Source: Nemertoderma westbladi (Eukaryota > Animalia > Xenacoelomorpha). Taken from it: a stretch of 64,000 bases of DNA. The notes beneath the pieces were generated by a model. It was not told the origin of the DNA, made no database searches, and saw only the letters and a list, made by a program, of their open reading frames with translations. The position numbers and the translations under genes are program-made. Positions 1 to 11,935 of this stretch are shown piece after piece (position 1 is the stretch's first letter; each line of letters begins with the position of its first letter). The stretch is taken from the NCBI GenBank assembly GCA_032718475.1, contig JAUCBJ010005958.1:1-64000 (forward strand), in the 5' to 3' direction.

Positions 1-2098
1 TCTAGCGCGATACTTTGCTGCACTTCTTGCAACTCTGCTCTACTTTCCCTCACTGTTCCCTTAAGTTGGTGGACAGTCTCCTGCATCTGTCCTAGCAGGA
101 GATTCATCCCACGCCGTCCCTCTTCCACCCACTCAACCGCCGAAGCGGGAGTCGCCAACATAGTAGCGGGCTGACGCGGGACGACGGGAGACAAATTTTT
201 AATTTCTCTCTCTGCTATCTGGACAGGGATATTCTCTTGGACTGTTCCACCGGGTACAGGCAGTGTAGTACTATGTAAAGGGAATTTAGAGTTAAGCTCT
301 GGAAGTACAGGGGTCTCTAACACAGAAGTGACTTTGGGAACGACAGGCCTAATTATCTCAGGCTCATCAACTATTGTAGAGAGTCTTTGGACCTTAATAC
401 TTTGGGCCGTAGGTTCTATACTACTCAAGTCTGTGCTAGCTAGCTGTCTTCTAACAGCTGGGGGCAAATCAGGCAATTTGCGACGGTAAGATGTTTTTCT
501 ACGCCTACTTAGATGAGATCTATTTCCTCCGCCTTCAGGATCGGTAGTATCGCCTTCCTCCGAGGATGTGTATCCCTGGCGCTTGGGAGTAGATTTTCTC
601 ATCATCTGCATCTGATTAGCAGTATACTGTTTATTTATACTGTCTTGTGTCTCTTGCAGATTTTCCAACTCTAATTGGATAGTCTCCTCAGACGCTCTCC
701 GTTCTGCTTCCGCCACTGTTGCCTTTCTTTCGGCTCCGCCGCTTTTCTTTCTGCTTCTGCTTCTGCCGCTTTTGCCTTTCTTTCGGCTTCTGCTTCTGCC
801 GCTTTTGCCTTTCTTTCGGCTTCTGCTTCTTTTCTTTCTGCTTCTGCTTCCGCCGCTTTTGCCTTTCTTTCGGCTTCTGCTTCTTTTCTTTCTGCTTCTG
901 CTTCCGCCGCCGCTGCTGCTGCTACCTTTCTTCTCTCTATCAGTTCTTTCTTTACTTGCTCTTCTCGGACTCTAGTGAGGCGTAGTTTTTCATCACATTC
1001 AGCTTGGTTTGCAGCTAACATTTCGGCATCGATTGAGTCCAACACAAGCTTGGTTCCTTCACTATTAGGGGAAAGTCCAGACAGCCGTCTCCTCAACTCT
1101 TCGTCTCCTAGGAATCGCTGATAGTCGGACAAATAAATGTCGATAGCGTCTCTAGTTCGCGGTTTCTCGGCGGTCTCTTCGCTTTCCGCTTGAGAAAGGG
1201 TGACATCAGTTTGTTCTTCACAGGTTGATCTCTCAGCCAGCTGGGATTTCCACTGGGCCGTTTCCTGTACTTGGAGATCTACCCGATGTAACCAAGTTTT
1301 GACAGCAACCTGCAGCGACGTGTCCTGTCTTCTTTTGGAAGTTTCCTCAAAGGCTGAGAGGATTAGTCGTATGCGTAGGGTTCTTTCGCGTATTTGATAT
1401 AGCAGCTCTTCCTGCTCTTGAGGTCCTTGAGGTTGTCGAAACAGTTGTTCTTCCAATCGATCCAAGGAGCCGAAGAATCCCTGCACATATCCTGCTGCCG
1501 ACCTCTTCCAAACAGCTGGATCCATTGTATCTTTAGCCACTCCCATCCTGTGTATATCTTCCCAAGTAGCCTCAGACAGATCCAACGGGAGTCCGAGTCC
1601 GGGAAAGTTCCATTGTGATTCAACAATAGATATCAATTCTTCCCTGGCGTATCCCGCGTAATTGTCTTGGGTCGCTCGCTTATTCCTCGCCCAGTCGGCT
1701 TGATGTTCTTCAACCGCAATGAATATAGTAGTTAGCACTGCAGCAGGAAGGGTAAGAAGGGGGTCCGAGTAGACTGTAGCAGCCATCTGCACTCCGCGTT
1801 CGGGGGTCAGCTCTACAGTATCCGAACTGCTGGAGCTATCGGGTCGCTGGGAAGTAGGTTCTTGACCAAGATGTTGCTGCGATAGGACAGCTGCCTCTTG
1901 GTTCCGTTTGACCTGTGCCCGAGTGCCTATGATGGACCTATGGTGGACTAGCCTAGGGTCTGATACTACTGGAGGGATGACCTTTTTTGCAGTAGGAGGT
2001 GAGCTGAACTCCTTTCTTAATCGCTCCACACTCCTATCTGAGTCACAGATAGTTGTATCGATCAGACTGTCTGACAGGTTTTGCTGAGTGTCAGACAT
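1..2098 (-). pseudogene. gag N-terminal region of copy A with an apparent 1-bp frameshift near 735
   Basis: ORF 671-2098 matches the start of ORF 12481-16557 (VVSDPRLV, SSSSDT, RDAIDIYLSDYQRF, LSPNSEGTKLVLD). After about 735 the homologous peptide (AEAERRASEETIQLELENLQE...RAELQEVQQSIAL) continues open in another frame to the window edge. Confidence 0.85.
725..930 (-). repeat. coding tandem repeat (AEAEAERK[E/A]..) in gag of copy A
   Basis: Repeated GCAGAAGCAGAAAGAAA/GCAGAAGCCGAAAGAAAG units. Copy B has only about two such units. Confidence 0.85.
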
Positions 2099-3419
2099 GT
2101 TTAGCTATACAGTTGAATGCCTACTACTATAGTTTCAGTTAAAGCAAGTCTGGTAATTCAGTATGACCGCAAGCCTAGCGATTTATTACCGGTACCGTTA
2201 CTCAGTGTAACGTGATATATATACAATATATTAGAATACCGGTATGCTTATATATATATATAAGTATTATTACAGACTAGATTTGTCACAGAGTACCGGT
2301 ATATAATTTTAGCACAAATATATATAAATATATATAGTAGGCCTATCGTGAATACCGGTATACAGCTGACACTTATAGTATATATAAGTATAATTATGAA
2401 CTAGAATTAATTACAGAGTACCGGTATGATTTCAGCTCAAATTTATAGAAACAAATATAATAAGCCTATGGTAAGTACCGGTATGTCAATTATTTTTTAG
2501 AATAATTGAATTTCTGAATATTTTAGGGTTACTTGGTTACTTTAACTTACTTTATTACCGTTATTTAAGCAGTAGTCCAACTGATATTGAGACCTAGTTG
2601 TTGTATGTCAGGCCTACTATTTATAAATCGTTTGAGTTGATTTATAATATTTATATACCCGTTTAAAAATGGGTTTTGTCAATATTTGAAATAAATGTTA
2701 TTATTTCTGGGAAGTAATCACTACACAAAAGCTGTGCGCTCTCAGTGAAGTGCTACTTATTTGACACTAAAACTGATAATTCTAATTTACCTAAGTTACT
2801 TAATACTACAAATTACTTACTATACTGGTGAGATTAATTCTCTAATTAAACACAACAAAAATATTACGTACGAAATTTTTTAGGGTAATTTTACAGGAAG
2901 TCTACAAACCAGCCTAACAAAGGGTTAGAATTCTGATTATTACAACGGACAGGGTACTACGGTATTTGAAATAATAAGTAGTAGTAAATATACTGTACTG
3001 TCCAGATAGGAAAATACCACCGCCTGACGACCTATAACCGTATCGCTATAGGTACTACGTTATGTATCACGGATTGTTCCTACCCAGAAGCTAATAGAGC
3101 TAACGAATGTGCCTATCAACCACTTTACAACACAAATATACTGCCTACACTAATTACTTCGGAAAGCACTGTACACTAAACCCTAAATTAGGTACAAGTA
3201 CCGGTATAACAAATAATCAGTAGTTAAATATACTTGAACAGTTAAAAGAACCACGGCATCTGCTGGAGTGACCGAAGCACAAAGTCTCCAGTCTTGTACC
3301 TACGCCGAGCAGCCCTGATGTAGTACCGGGGTTAGTTTAACTATAACGGTATGTATAACAAGCACAATTACTGTAGGAATAAACTTGGGGACATGAATGT
3401 TGCGAATAATCGCATAAAC

Positions 3420-4000
3420 TCTGAATAATAAATATTACGCTACCCGTACAGAATACTCAAACAAAATACAAACCAAACGCTGGCAGACTACTATCAAGCC
3501 TAAACAAACTACAGTATGTGCAGATTCTGAAACTGTTAGTTAGTATGCGTTCTAACACGGTAGTACGACTTATTCTTTAAGAGGGGATTGACCTTACAGC
3601 ATATGGCTGCCCCAACTTACTAACGGCACTTTATCAGACCAACTCTACACACGCAGCAATCCCTTCAGGCCTAAGAATAGCTAGACAACAATCCAGCCTA
3701 CAAAATATCTGAGTAATAACTATTACGGTACCCGAACAGACTACACAAACAAACACAGGCTAAAACACTGGCAGACTACGATCAAGCCTAAATAAACTAC
3801 AGTATATGCAGATTCTGAAACAGTTAGTTAGTATGCGTTCTAACACGGTAGTACGACTTATTCTTTAAGAGGGGATTGACCTTACCGCATATGGCTGCCC
3901 CAACTTACTAACGGCACTTTATCAGACAAACTCTACACACGCCGTAATCTCTCCAAACCCAACAACAGTCAGACAGCAGTTCAGCCTACAATTATCTGAA
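3420..4000. repeat. ~290-bp tandem duplication in the 5' UTR of copy A
   Basis: TAGTATGCGTTCTAACACGGTAGTACGACTTATTCTTTAAGAGGGG occurs at about 3541 and about 3829. Confidence 0.85.
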
Positions 4001-4316
4001 CAATCTGAGCAGACTTACACGTCTTCAGCTCAATATTAACTTACTAGGAAATAAAACCGACAGAAATAAGTAAGCTCCAAAAGAAACAAGGGGTGTACAG
4101 TCCCTAATCTCTTAAACAGCCTACCGGTATACAATAATCAAAATCGAATAATACTAAATGTACTTATACAGCAGTACCGGTTAGGACAGTTGGGCCTACA
4201 GACCTACCGAAGTACCGGTTCTGGCAGTTGGACCTACTGACCTACAGAAGTACCGGTTCAGGTTTACCGGTCACTACGGTATTTTGCAACCTTATTGCCT
4301 ACTGCAATAAGATCGT

Positions 4317-4326
4317 TAACTGTTAC
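4317..4326 (-). promoter_or_regulatory. PBS-position 10-mer GTAACAGTTA, complementary to LTR site 5066-5075 (putative self-priming site)
   Basis: Directly abuts the LTR CA end, has no TGG tRNA-type start, and is the exact reverse complement of 5066-5075. Confidence 0.7.
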
Positions 4327-5522
4327 TGTTCGCGCTTTTGAAGACCTTTAGCAGTTTAACCTGCCAAAATTTATATGTCTTTTAGTTAATTAAAACACCT
4401 TTAGCATACGACAATATTTTATGCTAATACACAAAACATTACCCGAAGTCAGCCCATGCGCGATCATTCACCCGATGGATCTACACCCGGGAGGCTGAAT
4501 TCGGCTGCTTAAATTTTATTATTGCAGTGTAAGGTTGCAGTGTAAACTTACTGTATTATTCGATAGATCGTTAATAATTAATCTCTGACAGATATTATTG
4601 GCTTTCGGGAAATATTAACAGTTCCTTTAGGACGTGGCGCTCTATCTATTTAAACAGAACTAGGACTTATACTAAACGCAACGATACCGCTTATGATTAA
4701 AGTATAAGGCGTATTCTTTAGGAAATACTTTGTTACCAATCACAATCATGCACACTATTCTGCCGACCGTCAGTAAATTTGATCACACATAAAGAGAGCA
4801 GCAATTGACTCATGTAGGGTCTGCTAAATAACATTAGATTCAATACACACCACATTAATATAAATCGCAATTGTTATGTATAGCCTGTCTCTCTAACCTG
4901 TAGTGTATCAAGAAAATTGGGAAATTTGGGTGATTTATCCGTATTATCCAAAGAGCAATATTTCCATCAACAAATAGATACAATTAATAACTGACGGTAA
5001 ATAACAGTACAAACAATATGATTAATAGTGAGTTAAGTAAGTTAAGATTGATTAGTTAAGTTAAGGTAACAGTTATACTTTCGATAATTTAAGCAGTTTT
5101 ACTGGAGTTATTCCCAAAAGCCGGTGTTATGGCGAAAAATGGGAACATAACAACAGAATCATATGAAAATCATATGACTAGAATGACTATACGAGTATAC
5201 CAACTACCCTTATTCCCCGAAGCTCCCGTCCAACACAGAGGATGAGCAGTGAGATAGGAAATTCAGTTCAGTAGCTCTGGGATAGGTCGAAATCAACGCC
5301 CACTCAAATTCTATTGGCCGATACGGACAGCAAGGCTAAGGCAACCTCTCTAAGCTAGTTGGCCGATTAAACTGAGCCCAGATATCTCCGTACAGCACAT
5401 CAGCCAATAAGCTGGTAGCTTGCACTATTTTAGTTATAAATCCCTTTGAGAGTATTCTAGCGACTGGGGGGGAACTGGCCAGCAAAGGCAAACGTATCAG
5501 TTATCCCACAAAAGCTTTTACA
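4327..5522 (-). repeat. 5' LTR of copy A (~1.2 kb)
   Basis: TG...CA ends. 4327-~5125 is alignable with the LTRs at 8069 and 18734, and the terminal CAAAAGCTTTTACA is shared. Confidence 0.9.
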
Positions 5523-6943
5523 GGGGGGGGGGGGGGGGGGGAATCGGCCCATTCCTAGTTTTTAGTTGCTGTAACTATGCAAGCACATTACGTACACGCC
5601 CAATTTTTATTGAGAATTACCCAAATTTAATGCCGCATCTTTTGCAAAAAACCACGTTGCAATTGGATTTCGACTTTTCGATGTGGGTGCCACCTCAAAA
5701 TTTGGTCTCCAGCACCAAATTTTTTGAAATTTTCGAATTTTACAAAGTCATTCGTGATTTAGTAATTATTTATGTTTGGGCTATTTTTATTTATTTTTAT
5801 TGGTTTGGATCACTCTAATGCTCTATACAAGTATGTAAGTGTAGTGGTACGTCATTTTTGGAGCACCAAAATTAGGGCGTGGCACTTTAAAATTTCAAAA
5901 TTACTTTATTCGGAAAATTTACTAAAGTTTTGATTTCGAAGCATTTTTATTGGTTTTCTGGAGCGCTGAATCGATTGAAAGTAATATAGAAGCCTGAAGA
6001 CTTAGTGGTTCGCCATTTTTGGTGCACCAAAATTAGGGCGTGGCACTTCAAATTTTGAAAAATACGAGATTCGGAAAATACACTAAAGTTTTGATTTCAA
6101 AGCATTTTTATAGGTTTTCTGAAGCACTGAATCGATTGAAAGTAATATAGAAGCCTCAAATCCTTGGTGTACGTAATTTTCGGTGCACCAAAATTAGGGC
6201 GTGGCACTTCAAATTTTCAAAATTACTTTATTCGGAAAAAACACTAAAGTTTTGATTTCAAAAAATGGCTAACCTCTAAGTCTTCAGGCTTCTATATTAC
6301 TTTCAATCGATTCAGCGGTCTAGAAAACCTATATAAATGCGTTAAAATTTCAATTTTGGTTTATTTTCCGAATCTCGTATTTTTCAAAATTTGAAGTGCC
6401 ACGCCCTAATTTTGGTGCACCAAAAATGGCGAACCACTAAGTCTTCAGGCTTCTATATTACTTTCAATCGATTCAGCGGCCCAGAAAACCTATAAAGATG
6501 CGTTGAAATAAAAAATTAGGGGCATTTTCTGAATATCTAATTTTTCAAAATTTGAAGTGCCACGCCCACTTCTTAGGTGCACGAAAAATAGCATCCACTT
6601 CAATTTTTGGAAATGGAATATAATCACATTCGATTCAGCGTCTTGAAAAACCTACTAAATCTAGCCAACACTGCCACACTATTAGTTTTTAGAAAACGAA
6701 AAATTTTGTAATTTTGTCCTGGGACTACTTTTATTTTTCATCAAAATTATGATTCCCTGCTTATGAAATTTTAACTTTTTAAGGTTTGGTAGTGTTCATC
6801 TATAGTTGTTTCACCAACAGCCCAAATTTTGTAGGATTTCATTGGACGATTACAAAAATATAGTGGGTGGGCCGAATCGCCCCCCCCCCCCCCCCCCCCC
6901 CCCCAGTGGTGCTAATGGTCAAAACACCCCAGTGGTAATAGGG
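5523..6943. mobile_element. piggyBac-like non-autonomous element (right part; left end displaced by copy A)
   Basis: Ends TAATAGGG|TTAA. G-tract AATCGGCCC / GGGCCGAATCG C-tract subterminal inverted motifs. Internal AAATTAGGGCGTGGCACTT repeats in both orientations. Confidence 0.6.
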
Positions 6944-8068
6944 TTAAGGGCACGTGTTTGTCCATAAATTTGACTATTAAGGGGGAGGGGGGGGGGGGGG
7001 GGGGGGGGGTGGGGGTACACCATTTTGGTCCAAAATATGTCGAAATTTTTTTTATGGTCTATTATAATGCACCATTGAATGGTGTTTCCAAATCTGAAAA
7101 CCGCTATTTAATAGCTCTTTTAGTTTTCAAGTTATGTAAATTTCCATTTAGGGAATCCTATTGAAATTACTATTACTATGTATAATGAAAGGTCGATTAT
7201 CTCCAAATATTTTTTTCATGAAATTGTCAACTTCAAAACCCTACTACTTCTACAATTTTTGAGTAATTAGTCTGAAACTTCCTGTGGGTGTCTAGATAGC
7301 CACCCTGCATAAAAGTATCAGACAACTTTTCGAAATTTTTTGTTAATAAAATTTAATACTATTTATAAAAAACCTAAAAATTAGCATAAATTTGCAGCGC
7401 CACCTAGCGGTGCAGAATTATTTTAACAAAATTTCGCCTGATAGTTATGTTGCCCCATCTTTGATCTATCATATAAAAAAACTTTCATGTGATTCTAAAA
7501 TTTTCAATATGGGGGTTTTCTGGGGTGGTGATTGCATTTCCGATGTCAGTTTTGACGTTTGATGAATTCCAGTCTGTCAGTCTGTCTGTTTGTCGGACAA
7601 TCTGTCTGTCTGTCAGTCAAAAATTAAGGAAACACACTACCAAACTGAAATTTAGGTTATGGGGGTTTTCCTGGTCGGTGATTTCAACACCGAAGTTAGT
7701 TTTGACGTTTGAAGAATTCTAGACTGTCTAACTGTCAGTCTGTTTGTTTATCAGACAATATGTCCGTCTGTCAGTCGAAATTTAGGAAACGACTCGACAT
7801 CGCTAAAAATTGATTTAAAGGGGTTTTCCTGGTCGGTGATTCCATTTCTGATGTCAATATTTGAATATAATGGCTTTGTGTTGGGTCTGTATTCATGTCG
7901 GTCTGTCCGTCAAAATATAACAGACAGATAGACAGCATAATATACCATCTAGAATCCATTAACCGTTAAAATGGACATAAGAAATGGAATCATAGACCAG
8001 GAAAACCTCTACAACAATATTTTCAGTTGTGTATTTCGTTCATTACTTTTTGACTGACAGACAGGCCA

Positions 8069-9244
8069 TGTTTGCGCTTTTGAAGACCTTTGACAGTTTA
8101 ACCTGCCAAAATTAGAATGTCTTTTGGATGATAGATAGTCTTTAGCCTATGACGAGTATTTGATACACTACATTAGCCGAAGCCAGTCTATGCGCAATCA
8201 TTCACCCGTTGGATATACCCGGGAGACTGAGTTCGGAGCTTAATGATTGATGGTGTAAGCCTACCGTATTATTCGACTGATCGTAATATATAATCTCTGA
8301 CAAATATTATTCACTTTCGGGAAATATTAACAGTTCCTTTAGGACGTGGCGCTCTAAATATGTAAACAGAGTTATGGCTTAAACTAGACACAACGAAAAG
8401 GCTATAGATTCACGTATATGGCGCATTCTTTAGGAGATGCTTTGTTATCAGTTACACTCATACACAATGCTGCACAATACTGCACACTAATCTGCCGACC
8501 TTCACTAAATTTGGTCACGTATAAAGAGAGTAACAGACAATACATGTCGGGCCTATAAAATAGCATGAGATTCACTTCAAACCACTTAACATAGGTCGCA
8601 ATCGTTTATCTGTAACCGATCTCTCTAACCTTTAGTATATCAAGAAGATTGGGATGTCGGACTATTGATCAGTATTCCGATATAATATTTCATCAACAAA
8701 TATAACGAATAATCAACAGCAAAGCAGTAAAGTTAAGGTATAAATGATTATTAAGTGAGTATAATTGGTTTGATTTGTATGTAAGTAGCTCGATAACAGA
8801 TATACGTTCTATAATTAAGCCTACTAATGTAAAGCTAAAGACTGAAACACGGAGGTGCCAAAAGCCGATGTTCTCTGGCTCTGGGCAAATACAACACTGA
8901 ATTCCTGAGTTTCGTATCCACCTCCAACACAGAGGCAAAAAACGCTCTGATTGGTCAACTAAATCAACAAGAGAACAAAGAAACAAAGAAACGTCGACGT
9001 GGCAATATCAGCTGTTAGCCGTCGTCATGGTAGCGACACTGTTTTCAAGAGTATCTAGCTTATCGCGTCACGAGATTGCGGATTATGTCCTCTAAAGTAC
9101 GAATACAGTACAAATACAGAAGAAATGACTTTTATGTCCTCTAAAACACCAGTACAGCAAGGACACGGCCTTTTTATGCCTGGCAAACCAACTACAGAGT
9201 ACTTTAAGGGAAAATAACCGGTTAATGACGCAAAAGCTTTTACA
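8069..9244 (-). repeat. 3' LTR of copy B
   Basis: Near-identical to 18734-19910 (about four substitutions and one 1-bp indel seen by eye). TG...CA ends. Confidence 0.95.
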
Positions 9245-9252
9245 CCGCTCCC
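9245..9252 (-). promoter_or_regulatory. polypurine tract GGGAGCGG
   Basis: Purine-rich run immediately before the 3' LTR on the minus strand. Confidence 0.7.
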
Positions 9253-9270
9253 AGAAAATGGGATTTAAGT

Positions 9271-10850
9271 CTATAAAATATAACAAATCACAGTTTCTAA
9301 AATATAAGAATACTCTAAACAGTTAGTCTTTCTTACGCGGACGGCGTTTACGCAGCCTTTTGAGGCTAGCAAGAGTCCTTTTCTCTTTGGGGCGAGCCAC
9401 TTTACTAGGAGGGCTATAAATCCTGGGTGAAGGGTGCAATATGATTGCATCAGAAGGTGTAGGATTATGGTCGGGGTATCCGCCGTTTCGATATGCTTCT
9501 CCTCGAGCTGATTTTCCTCCGCTCGTAGCTGGATACGTTCATCCAAAAACTCTCGCAGAGAATGGGGTTGTCTAAGTTCGATATCTTCTTAGAGATTCTG
9601 GATTTCACAATCGAACTGAGATAAAGACAATTCGTTTATCGCTTGGACTTGCTGTTACAACTTACGTTTATCTGAACAAACGCAGGTTTCCTTTCTGATC
9701 TTTGTGGAATAGCGTTTAACTCGTTTGGTACAACGTTCTCCGCCACTTTGGTGACAGGTTATATCGTGTTAAGCCGGGATGATGGTAAGGGTTAAACGGC
9801 GATATTAAATGTCCGCGTCCCAATCCGGCTAGGGAGAATGGGCTAATATCTAGGAAGCCCACAACTGGGGTGCCACCGACTAATTGTTCAGGTAACACTA
9901 GATCTTTGAGCAGTGAGTACAGCTCGGGAGGATCCGTCATACTAATAGGATCAAGAGTCTGAAGTCTCACTAGGGAATGAGGAGTTCTGATCGAGTATTC
10001 CGAAACTCTGATCATTGGTTTATTTAAGGATCGTCTGAGTCGAACGATCGTAGGTGATACATCGAACAAGTTTCGCTCGAAACTCCCGTAAGTATAGCGA
10101 GTAAAACCGTGTTTAAAGCAACGTCTCCGCGGATGTTTATGTCTTTCCGTTTGTTGGTTGGGTCTTGGGCATTCATCGCAATAATACCAAAAACGCACGT
10201 CTTGTAGGGGAAACGCGAGTGATCTTTCTCCAGCTTACAATATTCCTCCATCCGTTCGAAGCTATCCGGTACAACAGGTAGCGATCGATCGGCGGTAAGA
10301 TACATCATAGTGGAATAGAGCCGTTTGAGTTCCACCATGCGGTCATGATGTATACCTTGAGGATATCGAGTTTCTAGATTCTGTTGACTGGTAATATCGA
10401 GATAGGTTTCTCTCAAGAATTCCAGGTATTTGGTGGAGTCGCTGCGTTTATCCGGCTCTTCGACATCTGCACTTTCGAGTCGGTTTCGAATAGAATTTTC
10501 GTGTTCGAGTCTCAGTTTATCGTTCCGCTTCCGCTGGGTATGATATTTAAATAAACCATTTCCCTTTGGTGTCTATATCGTTCGTATCGTGTAGGTCGAG
10601 AGGATGACCAGTAGTTAAGAAGTCCATATACGTACCATTACGATGCGTATAGCGAGCGATGAATTTTCTACAGTCTAACCCACGCGCAAGTTGCTCCCGG
10701 GACATTGGCGGTTAGATATAACGACCATCGTCCTCCGTAGTAGTTGGACCAGCGTCGCCGCGTATCAGGCTATCAACAAACGCTTGTAAAGGTAGAGTAT
10801 ATCGCTCCCTGATACCAAGATCATCTTCTATCAACTCAATCATATCTGCT
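9271..10850 (-). pseudogene. decayed accessory ORF of unknown function downstream of gag-pro
   Basis: Chain of same-strand open segments (MIELIEDD.., MSREQLARGLDCRKF.., 10024-10416, 9716-10198, 9271-9546) separated by single stops or frameshifts. More GC-rich than its flanks. Confidence 0.55.
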
Positions 10851-11669
10851 ATATAAGTTTATCCATATTATAATGAGTTTATATTTAGGCGAGCGGGCGT
10901 CGCTGCCTACCCCTCTCTGCCCCCGGACAGTGCGAGATCCTCAGCGCTGGTGTACTTTCGCCGATGTGCCTATCGCCAACGTCGTAGCTGCACAACGACT
11001 ACAACAACCAGCACGAGCCACTCCACCGTCCGTCCCAAAGGCTTAGATATACTTCAGGTTCTTACTGGAGAGTTAGGGTTACTTTCACAATTGCGACTCG
11101 CTACTGTAAACACACCTTAGTAGTAACATTCGCCTACAAACGCACAAATTCCACGTAACAGTCACAAATGGTACACATTCTATCACACATTCGGGTCATT
11201 TGTCCGTTAGTCAAGTGCCTTCCAGAATGTCACGTTGTTATTATGTATTCTTGGATACTAGCGGTGTGCTATTTATTCCGTATGCTATTCAATACGCAAG
11301 CCCTTTATTGTTCTTTTAACTCACTTCTAATTCTAGCGTGGTTGTTGCCATGGTGACATTATGGAAAGCTAGCGGTAGAATTAGGGTAATTCTCATGCAT
11401 ACAGATCTGGGATGCTATTTAATAGTAATTCTTTAATTGTCAATATCCTCTCTATATATGATTTTATGAATTTTATCGGCTATTGACTATACATTGGAGA
11501 TTCTCACACACAAATACACTTAATATAGTGAATCTCCGCTCCCATGATCTATTAATTAATGGAATTTTGGGAATGTTATAAATTGTATAAAAATGACAAT
11601 TTATCAAATTCATTAAAAGATGAATTTAAATTTATTCCCGTAAATTTTATTATTTAATATTAAATAGAC

Positions 11670-11935
11670 ACAATTTTATTCCAGAACATGTCTGGGGACT
11701 GGGATCCTTGATTCTAGGAAATTGGTCTTTTTAAGAGTAAGTGCTACGATATCTTAATAGACTAGAATTTTAAAGGATCTGATATTTGACAGATTTTTGT
11801 AAATATTAATAATTAATATTTAGGATGGGCACCAATTTATTCCAGAACTTGTCTGGGGACGTTAACCATTGATTCTAGAAATTTGTCTTTCAAGTATATC
11901 GGTGGGTGCCGCGATATCTTAATCGACTAGAATTA
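11670..11935. repeat. diverged tandem duplication (~160-bp period) in the 3' region of copy B
   Basis: TTTATTCCAGAAC.TGTCTGGGGAC...GATATCTTAAT.GACTAGAATT occurs twice. Confidence 0.7.

Larger units (their letters stand above)
1..5522 (-). mobile_element. BEL/Pao-type LTR retrotransposon, copy A (5' LTR, long 5' UTR, gag N-terminal part; continues beyond window start)
   Basis: Colinear with 15070-19910 across gag, UTR and LTR. The LTR ends match copy B (TGTAAAAGCTTTTG...GCGCGAACA on minus). Confidence 0.9.

Noticed and set aside
675-1121. Plus-strand ORFs rich in SASASA / FCFC / LLLL
   Set aside because: Antisense shadows of the AEAEAERK coding repeat.
3023-3055. CTGACGA followed by a stem in both BEL leaders (also ~17480) as a hammerhead
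   Set aside because: No GAAA or stem III after the hairpin; only a conserved stem-loop.
3520-3550. TACTAAC..TTTCAG branch/acceptor on the minus strand of the copy A leader
   Set aside because: The AG is not conserved in copy B, so splicing is unsupported.
5523-7016. Long G/C homopolymers as G-quadruplex regulators
   Set aside because: They are subterminal tracts of the TTAA elements, and their lengths are unreliable in assemblies.
8693-9286. Short ORFs duplicated at 19358-20024
   Set aside because: They lie within the LTRs, and the duplication reflects LTR identity.
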